Positions 23,820 to 30,357 of a stretch of 30,357 nt of DNA are shown piece by piece. Location: assembly GCA_030668465.1 (NCBI GenBank), contig DAOUTX010000001.1, forward strand, positions 1 to 30,357. Direction: 5' to 3'. Both the position numbers and the translations under genes were made by a program. Under the pieces are notes generated by a model. That model made no database searches, was not told the origin of the DNA, and saw only the letters and a list, made by a program, of their open reading frames with translations. Source of the stretch: Atribacterota bacterium. GTDB lineage: Bacteria; Atribacterota; Phoenicimicrobiia; Phoenicimicrobiales; Phoenicimicrobiaceae. The stretch's first letter is position 1; the number at the start of each line of letters is the position of its first letter.

Positions 23820-24800
23820 TCAGAGAGCATATCGTGGCTTTTTACCGAGCAATACTGCTTTTACCTCTTCCGCTGCTGTTCTCCTGGCTTCCGTAATTGA
23901 TTCCTCAGAATAGTACGCGGAGTGTGGCGTGATAAGACAGTTTTTAAGTTTTAATAGCGGATTAGCTCGGTAATTCCAGTGTTTTTGTTTAGCTGGTTCA
24001 TCTTCAATATCGTCGAGACCAGCTGCAGTAATCTTACCTTCCGAAAGAGCCTTATAAAGAGCTTTGTTATCAACTATTGGTCCTCGAGCTGTATTAATTA
24101 AAATCGCATTCTTCTTCATTTTTTTGAGTTCTAACTCGCCTATTAGGTGACGTGTGTCAGATGAAAGTGGCACTTGTACGCAGAGAATATCAGAATTGTC
24201 TAAAATTGCACCAAAGTCTACTTTCTTTACACCTTCTTCCTTCATAAAGAAGTTGTCTACATTAGGATCGTATGCCATCACTGTAAATTTTAACGCCCTT
24301 GCCTTTCTTGCTATGTTCCGACCGATTTTTCCAAAACCTATGATGCCGAAGATCTGCATTTCAAATCTATGAATTGGTGCACCTGAATTTAACCAATGCC
24401 ATTTCCCGCATCTTGTAGAATCAACATACATAGGAATCCTTCTGGCCAATGTAAGAGCAAGCGCTATCGCATGATCAGCGACTTCATCGATACAATAATA
24501 TGGGACATTCGTAACAATTATCCCTCTTTTGCGGCACGTTTCAACGTCAAGAATATCCACACCTGTCCCATATCTCGCGATGATCTTGCACCTGCAAAGC
24601 TTTTTAATAACATCCTGCCTGATCTCTGCGTATTGCTGAAGAATAGCGTCAGCGTCTGTAATGTACTTTAACAATGCTTTCCCCCCACTTTTACACTGTG
24701 CATCAACAACCTCTGCGCCAATGGACTCCAATATACTCTCCTCAATACTCAAATCCGGATAATCACGATCGCTGATGACGACCTTGAATCTTCTCATCAT
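23820..24800 (-). CDS. D-isomer-specific 2-hydroxyacid dehydrogenase (CtBP-like subgroup)
   Basis: IARYGTGVD, NVPYYCIDEVADHA, GIIGFGKIG, NTARG (Arg), DDIEDEP (Glu), ITPHSAYYS (His). Confidence 0.95.
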   Translation of the reverse strand: MMRRFKVVISDRDYPDLSIEESILESIGAEVVDAQCKSGGKALLKYITDADAILQQYAEIRQDVIKKLCRCKIIARYGTGVDILDVETCRKRGIIVTNVPYYCIDEVADHAIALALTLARRIPMYVDSTRCGKWHWLNSGAPIHRFEMQIFGIIGFGKIGRNIARKARALKFTVMAYDPNVDNFFMKEEGVKKVDFGAILDNSDILCVQVPLSSDTRHLIGELELKKMKKNAILINTARGPIVDNKALYKALSEGKITAAGLDDIEDEPAKQKHWNYRANPLLKLKNCLITPHSAYYSEESITEARRTAAEEVKAVLLGKKPRYAL

Positions 24801-24837
24801 CTCTCACCTTCTTCATCTTATTCTCTAAATATTGAGC

Positions 24838-25476
24838 TTACACAATTTCTGCGAAGGCTCTTACTGGGAAACCATCAATGTCTTTTATTTTAAGAGGTAT
24901 AGCATAGAACGTGAATGTTTCGGTGCTAATCTTATCAAGATAAGCAAGTCCCTCTACTAATAGAATCCCGGCACTAAGGAGTATTTTGTGCGCATTAGGG
25001 TTATCTTCCCAGTTCAACGTTGGTGACTCAACTGCAAGCATCTTGATTTTCTTTTGAACAAGGTACTTTACCGCTTCAGTCGAGACATTCGGATTGTCAT
25101 AACCATACTCATGTGAAGGAAATTTTTTATACCAGTCTGTCCGCAAGATAATTATGTCATCACGAGATATTACGGAATCATAACTTTCTATTTCCTTACG
25201 TGTTATTAGTTCCTTTGCTTTTTTGTAAGAAAAGTCTAATAGTCGGGCATTACCGATTAGACGATCAAGAGGTACTCTGTCGAGAGTAACTCCTTCTTCG
25301 AGAAAATGATACGGAGCATCAATATGGGTGCCTACATGTGAACTGAGAATCACTTGAGACAGATTATATCCGTCCTGATAAATGCTTCTGTATTTATTAA
25401 CAAAGGTGATTGGATCCAGGTCAAGTGCATGGGTACCGTCTTCAAGCATTAATGTCAAATCCAAAAACTTTCTCAT
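24838..25476 (-). CDS. Cyclase-family (kynurenine formamidase-like) metal-dependent hydrolase
   Basis: Start moved to ATG 25476 (AAGGAGGT). SSHVGTHIDAPYHF (HxGTHxDxPxH), AHKILL, IPLKIKDIDGFPVRA. Confidence 0.92.
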   Translation of the reverse strand: MRKFLDLTLMLEDGTHALDLDPITFVNKYRSIYQDGYNLSQVILSSHVGTHIDAPYHFLEEGVTLDRVPLDRLIGNARLLDFSYKKAKELITRKEIESYDSVISRDDIIILRTDWYKKFPSHEYGYDNPNVSTEAVKYLVQKKIKMLAVESPTLNWEDNPNAHKILLSAGILLVEGLAYLDKISTETFTFYAIPLKIKDIDGFPVRAFAEIV

Positions 25477-25498
25477 TTTTATACCTCCTTTATTAATC

Positions 25499-26494
25499 TT
25501 ATTTTTTCTTAAATTTATCAAGCGCAATTGCACTAAGGAGAATTGCACCTGTAAACACTTGTTGCCAGTAGATGCCTATCCCGGCAATGTTCAGCGCGTT
25601 TATCAAAAGCTCAAGCAAGAAAGCACCCAGAACTGCGCCAAGAACAGTACCTTCACCCCCTCTAAACGATGCCCCACCTATTACACAGGCTGCAAGAACT
25701 GGAAGGGGTGTGCTTTCACCAATTGTTACTGACGCCATCCCCATCCGAGCCGTCATACAAATCCCGGCTATTCCAGCAAATAATGCCACTATGACATAAT
25801 TTAAAATTTTTATCCTTTCAACATTAATTCCACACATTGTAGCTGCTTCCTGATTGCTTCCCACATAATAACTTAATCTGAACAGATATGACTTCCTGAA
25901 TAAAAAATCGCCCACTATTGCTATTATAAAAAAGTAATAAACGGGATACTGAAAGCCTTGGAATGTACCTTGGCCGATTTGGTTGAATGAATCTGGTAAG
26001 TTAATTATCGCGTGCCCATTGGAAATTACGAGAAGCAGACCTCTGACTATTATCATCGTAGCAAGAGTTGTTATAAATGGATCGAACTTCAACTTAGAAA
26101 TAAATAGTCCATTTAGAAAACCCACTGCTCCAGCTGAAAGGAGAGCGAAAATCACAGAAAAAGTCACAGGAATTCCAGCTCTAAGGGAAATCCCGGCTAT
26201 AATTCCAGCTAATGCAAGCGTGGAACCGACAGAGAGATCAAGCCCGCCGGTCACCAGAACCCCTGTCATCCCGACACTGATAATTCCAATCATTGTCGTA
26301 CCAACAAGCAGCCCTCGTATATTAGTTAGTGTAAGAAAAAAGGGGGAAACGAACTTCATAACAATTATTATTATCAGAAGAGCTACAGCAAGAATAAATT
26401 CTCGGGACTGCAATAGACTCTTTAGAAGTTTAGCTTTTCCTTCCTTCTTTATTGATGGACCCACTAAAGGACGTTCTCTAACTTCAGATTCCAT
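25499..26494 (-). CDS. Monosaccharide ABC permease (RbsC type), second system
   Basis: GGLDLSVGS, PFITTLAT, YYVGSNQEAATMCGI, LAACVIGGASFRGGEG. Confidence 0.94.
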   Translation of the reverse strand: MESEVRERPLVGPSIKKEGKAKLLKSLLQSREFILAVALLIIIIVMKFVSPFFLTLTNIRGLLVGTTMIGIISVGMTGVLVTGGLDLSVGSTLALAGIIAGISLRAGIPVTFSVIFALLSAGAVGFLNGLFISKLKFDPFITTLATMIIVRGLLLVISNGHAIINLPDSFNQIGQGTFQGFQYPVYYFFIIAIVGDFLFRKSYLFRLSYYVGSNQEAATMCGINVERIKILNYVIVALFAGIAGICMTARMGMASVTIGESTPLPVLAACVIGGASFRGGEGTVLGAVLGAFLLELLINALNIAGIGIYWQQVFTGAILLSAIALDKFKKK

Positions 26495-28025
26495 GCTTTT
26501 GTCCTTCTCCTTTCTTTATAGACACAAGACCAGTTGCATAAGCCATAATCTTTTCCTCAGTCGCTTCTTTCTTTAAAAATTCTCCCGTTATCTCACCTTC
26601 GTGCATGATTATTATCCTATCACACAGTTGAATTATTTCGGGAAGATCAGAGGAAATAACCACTATGCCAATTCCTCCCTCGTTCAGCTCTCTTAGTTTA
26701 CGATATATCATTTGCTTGGTGCCTATATCTACACCTTTGGTAGGTTCGTCAACGATAAGGATATCTGGCTTTATGCCTACCCACATACTAAGAAGAACTT
26801 TCTGCTGATTTCCACCTGAAAGGTGTAGAAGGTTTTGTTTAAGTGTTGGAGTAATGATATTGAAAGATTTCTGCATTTGCTTGGCAAATCCACCGATTTT
26901 CGAGCTGGCCAAAAGACCTATTTTATTCGTAAAATTTTTAGCCTGAGGTGCAATTAAGTTTTCGTCAACACCCATTTTCAGAAATAGACCTTCCTTTTTT
27001 CTGTCTTCAGGAAGATAGCCGATGGAATTCATTATAGCATCCTTTGCTCCCTTTATTCTAAGCATTTTACCCTGATATAAAATCTTTCCACTATCCAAGG
27101 GATATAAGCCAAGAATTGCTTTGAACAATTCGGTTCTACCTGCCCCAATAAGACCAAAAAAACCAAGAATCTCACCGTGGCGTAGATAAAAACTCACATT
27201 TTTGAATAAGCCTTTTGAGGTTAGGTTCTTAACCTCAAAGTATTTTTCACCAATTTTAAAGGATAAATTCTTTGTTCCATAAAGATCCTTAATTCTCCGT
27301 CCAACCATCAATGTGGCAAGATTTTCTTCAGAAACATTCTCAATATTCCTGGTATCCACAATCATCCCATCCCTCAAAATGGTAACTTTATGAACAAATC
27401 CGAAAAGTTCAGATAGGCGATGAGTTATATATAATAATGAAACACCTTTTACGTTAAGGTTTTTTAAAAAATTAAAGAGAGAATCGGTTTCGTCAATATC
27501 CAATGAAGTAGTTGGTTCATCAAGAATCAAAATACTCGGGCCAAGTAAGATTACACGTACTATTTGAAGCATTTGTCTAAGGCCTATAGATAAATTTCTC
27601 ACTTGCGTTGCGGGATTAATTTCAATCCCAAAAACTCGCAATCTAAGTGAGGCTTGTTTTAGCAATTCTTTTTTATTTAAAAATCCAATTTTTCTTTCAT
27701 TTAGTTTATTAATAAAAATATTTTCCGCAATTGTAAGATGTGGAAAATCATTTATTTCTTGGGGGATAACGCCGATTCCACCTGCAATTGCTTCCGCAGA
27801 GTTATGAAAATTTACTTCTCTATCATTCAGAAGTATTTGGCCTGAATCGGCCCGAAAAACACCAGCAAGGATATTCACGAGAGTAGATTTACCCGCGCCA
27901 TTCTCACCAATAATTGCATGTATTTCTCCTTCTCTTAGCTCCAACGAAACTTTATCAAGTGCTTTTACTCCTGGAAAGGATTTTGTAATATTACTAACCT
28001 TTAATAGAATTTTTCCGTTAGCCAT
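26484..28025 (-). CDS. Monosaccharide ABC ATPase with two NBDs (RbsA type), second system
   Basis: GENGAGKST, DEPTTSL, YITHR, PEDRKKEG, LSGGNQQK, DEPTKGVDIG, ISSDLPE. Confidence 0.95.
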   Translation of the reverse strand: MANGKILLKVSNITKSFPGVKALDKVSLELREGEIHAIIGENGAGKSTLVNILAGVFRADSGQILLNDREVNFHNSAEAIAGGIGVIPQEINDFPHLTIAENIFINKLNERKIGFLNKKELLKQASLRLRVFGIEINPATQVRNLSIGLRQMLQIVRVILLGPSILILDEPTTSLDIDETDSLFNFLKNLNVKGVSLLYITHRLSELFGFVHKVTILRDGMIVDTRNIENVSEENLATLMVGRRIKDLYGTKNLSFKIGEKYFEVKNLTSKGLFKNVSFYLRHGEILGFFGLIGAGRTELFKAILGLYPLDSGKILYQGKMLRIKGAKDAIMNSIGYLPEDRKKEGLFLKMGVDENLIAPQAKNFTNKIGLLASSKIGGFAKQMQKSFNIITPTLKQNLLHLSGGNQQKVLLSMWVGIKPDILIVDEPTKGVDIGTKQMIYRKLRELNEGGIGIVVISSDLPEIIQLCDRIIIMHEGEITGEFLKKEATEEKIMAYATGLVSIKKGEGQKHGI

Positions 28026-28044
28026 CCAACATTCTCCTTATTAT

Positions 28045-28075
28045 GTGCAGGGTGAAACATATCCTCACCCTGCAC
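28045..28075. other. Strong stem-loop between the binding-protein and ATPase genes
   Basis: GTGCAGGGTGA, 9-nt loop, TCACCCTGCAC: perfect 11-bp stem with no U-tract. Confidence 0.8.
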
Positions 28076-28092
28076 GATGGTGTGACTATAAA

Positions 28093-29118
28093 TTACCACT
28101 GCCTAAGGAAATACTCCCAGTTGTCTTTCGTGACCATAGTAACGCCTGTATTAATCCATACAGGTGCTGCCATAATTCCCGCTGCTTCGTTGTCTGTCGT
28201 TACCGACATGGGATTGTGACGTAAATTGAAGAGGATCTGCATTCCGTAGAATGTACTCAGGTGACCCTTTTGTGCAACAGATGCATCTATTAAACCTTTC
28301 CCAATATATTGCACCGTGTCGCTGTTTCTGTCCATACCTAGGATCTTTACCTCGCCAGCCAGACCCGCCTCTTTGACTGCCGTAACAGCAGACATCGCAC
28401 CAACTGAATCAACACAAACAAATGCATTGAGATCCGGATGCGCAGTCAGTATCGATTTTGCCACAGATATTCCCGTGGGAAGATCCGCTTTAGTATCACC
28501 TTCTGCAGCTATCTTCATCTCTGGATACTTCGCAAACGTATCTCTATAACCCTGCGCTCTCTCTTGAAACATTGGAGCTGTCATACTCAGTATCCCTATC
28601 TTACCTTTTTCATTTAAGATTTTTGCAAGATACTCTCCACCGACCACACCTACTTCATATTGATTGATCCCCACGAAAGCTATGCGCTTAGATCCGGGAA
28701 CATCTCCACAAATAGTAACAACCGGTATACCGGCTTCTATGGCCTGATTTATTACTGGGCCAAGTTCTGGACCTGGTGGAAATATAAGTATCCCTGCCGG
28801 TTTCATAGCAATCGATGCATTCATTGATGAGATCTGAGCTGGTGTATCGTAGGCGGAAGGTCCCATCACCATAGTCTTAACTCCCAGCAGTTGTCCAGCA
28901 AGCTCAAAAGCCTCGATATGAACATCGAAAAACTCAATGTTTCGCATACAGAGATTGAATATATACAACTCACTCGCCGTATCTGGATTTTTGAGCACAT
29001 ACTGCTCTACTGGGTAGAATTCGGACGATTGTTCTTGTGCGGATGTTATGTTACCAAAAGCCAATACTAAAACCAATACGAGTAGCAAAAATACTTTTCC
29101 TGATTTACCAATACTCAT
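28093..29118 (-). CDS. Monosaccharide ABC substrate-binding protein, second system
   Basis: Start moved to ATG 29118 (AAAGGAG). Sec-type signal without lipobox; IEFF, VVTICGD, FQERAQGY, VDSVGA, GMD, VAQK. Confidence 0.9.
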   Translation of the reverse strand: MSIGKSGKVFLLLVLVLVLAFGNITSAQEQSSEFYPVEQYVLKNPDTASELYIFNLCMRNIEFFDVHIEAFELAGQLLGVKTMVMGPSAYDTPAQISSMNASIAMKPAGILIFPPGPELGPVINQAIEAGIPVVTICGDVPGSKRIAFVGINQYEVGVVGGEYLAKILNEKGKIGILSMTAPMFQERAQGYRDTFAKYPEMKIAAEGDTKADLPTGISVAKSILTAHPDLNAFVCVDSVGAMSAVTAVKEAGLAGEVKILGMDRNSDTVQYIGKGLIDASVAQKGHLSTFYGMQILFNLRHNPMSVTTDNEAAGIMAAPVWINTGVTMVTKDNWEYFLRQW

Positions 29119-29365
29119 AATAAAAGCTCCTTTCATTTAAAGATATTGTTCATTTTTTCTTTGAAAGCTCTAAAAGGGATTGCGTAAAGGAAATATTAAC
29201 TGTTTACTTTCCCCTACTTGAAGAGCTTTCTTTTCCAAAATTAAACTATATTACCTATCTCCTCACCTCCTCTTGGCCTTTTATACTGAGTTTTTGCTTT
29301 TCCCAAAAAAGCCAATTTTAATCACTGAGTATTAATTTTTTTACAAAAATCACATTTTCTATTAA

Positions 29366-29785
29366 TTAATGAAAAAACTTAAATTTTTTACCTTTGTTTT
29401 GTTCAAGGTATTTTTGTTTGTAATCCTCCCTTGGTGGAGAAAAGATATCAATGGCTTTGCAATCAATTTCGCGGATGAAGGCCCCGTGTTTTATGTTAGC
29501 CGGGAGATAGATAACATCTCCTTTTTGCACTCTATACATTTTATCTTCAATAATTTCATCACAATAACCTTCAATCACAATCATGATTTGCTCTTGGGGA
29601 TGAGAATGAAGCTCAAAAACGTTACCTGCTTTCATAGTAAGAAAACTAATCGTTGCATTTTCACCCCCGATTAAATGACTCAAGGATCCTGGTACCAGTT
29701 CAGTAAGAGGTACCCCCTCATACGGACGGACAATATGTTTTTGTCGATCTTCCTGGGTTGCTTTATTAAAATCAGATTCTTCCAT
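29366..29785 (-). CDS. Cupin-domain protein, KdgF-like
   Basis: ELHSHPQEQIMIVIEG and GDVIYLPANIKHG cupin motifs; the DIFSPPREDY tail resembles the KdgF-type D-x-F-x-P-x-R-E-D-F ending. Confidence 0.85.
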   Translation of the reverse strand: MEESDFNKATQEDRQKHIVRPYEGVPLTELVPGSLSHLIGGENATISFLTMKAGNVFELHSHPQEQIMIVIEGYCDEIIEDKMYRVQKGDVIYLPANIKHGAFIREIDCKAIDIFSPPREDYKQKYLEQNKGKKFKFFH

Positions 29786-29989
29786 ATACTATTTCTCCTT
29801 CCTTTGAATTTCTTTGCATCTTTCAAGAAATTCGAAAATTAACCCTATTATTAGATTTTTTAGTACTCTATTTTTCTGTATGTGCTCATATATCAAAATA
29901 TTATCAAATAAGAGTTTCAAGAATCATTTTTTCAATTATACTTAGAAATTACTCTATTTTCTTTCTAAGGGCGGAAACAATAATTTAAG

Positions 29990-30357
29990 CTAAGCTCTAT
30001 TAATGCTGTATCCCAATCGCATAGATATCTTTTTACTTGTCTCAATAAGAACTTCTTTTAGATTATTTTGTGCATTTTTATCTATCCTGAAAATGGGACT
30101 TGAAATACTAATGGCAGCTATTACTTCCCCTTGATAATTCCTAATGGGGGCAGCTACACAGCGAACATCCTTTTCGTTTTCTTCTCTATCTTAGGCAAAA
30201 CCCTGTTCTCTTACTTTACCAAGTTCTTTTTCTAATTCCCTTTTACCGGTGATGGTATTCTCGGTAAGCTGAGTAAGTACTTTTTTACCTAATATTTTCT
30301 TTCTTTCTCCTTCTGAAAGATAGGCTAATAGCACCTTCCCTAAACCAGTACAGTGAA
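29990..30357 (-). pseudogene. IclR-family regulator, C-terminal effector domain with an in-frame nonsense codon; 5' part is off the window
   Basis: HCTGLGKVLLAY...LTENTIT...LGKVREQGFA*DREENEKDVRCVAAPIRNYQGEVIAAISISSP...ISMRLGY; TAA at 30191-30193 where Leu (TTA) or similar is expected; natural stop at 29990. Confidence 0.88.

Noticed and set aside
6105-29136. Longest-ORF start positions in the track for nine genes (6527, 11312, 11778, 13989, 19766, 22506, 25548, 29136 and similar)
   Set aside because: The extensions overlap the RBS or the upstream gene; downstream ATGs with properly spaced SD sequences were used instead.
759-29674. The plus-strand ORFs in the track (e.g. 7884-8435, 15973-16542, 20485-20940, 22271-22852, 25983-26576) and the nested minus ORF 10405-10605
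   Set aside because: They lie antisense to or inside well-supported genes, show no recognisable motifs and read as shadow frames.
30191-30193. Recoding (Sec/Pyl) of the IclR internal stop
   Set aside because: The codon is TAA, not TGA or TAG, at a position that is hydrophobic in IclR proteins.
1-30357. rRNA, tRNA, integrase or prophage genes
   Set aside because: No cloverleaf, rRNA-like or phage/integrase signatures were seen by eye; nearly all sequence is explained by the listed CDSs.

Overview
Low-GC (roughly one third G+C by eye) bacterial window. Every intact gene is on the minus strand; the only plus-strand coding relic is an IS30-like fragment. The gene content fits an anaerobe, and the two sugar-binding proteins lack lipoboxes, suggesting a diderm; an Atribacterota-like origin is only an impression. 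Reading in transcription direction (right to left) there are four blocks. (1) A carbohydrate or sugar-acid catabolic island (~18.6-30.4 kb): an IclR regulator with an internal TAA, a KdgF-like cupin, two RbsABC-type ABC importers, a cyclase-family hydrolase, a D-2-hydroxyacid dehydrogenase, one intact and one broken VOC/glyoxalase gene. An IS30 remnant marks its left edge. (2) A nitroreductase, then nikR and a NikK-M-L-Q-O type ECF Ni/Co importer with a NikR box, then a divergent YchF-family NTPase. (3) A probable Rrf2-SHOCT-cysteine synthase-CopA-YHS operon, followed by a MacB-type ABC module (OB-fold lipoprotein, permease, two ATPases, DUF1573-like protein, exported rhodanese) behind a consensus sigma54 promoter. 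(4) nadA-larE-cysteine desulfurase. Highlights: a ~100-aa thioredoxin-like domain inserted in frame in the CopA actuator domain; one 32-bp palindromic operator shared by the rrf2 promoter and the ABC-module leader; and a nadA/larE/sufS grouping that could supply precursor and sulfur for the nickel-pincer cofactor. No rRNA, tRNA or CRISPR array was seen. All calls come from motif recognition by eye, without database searches.
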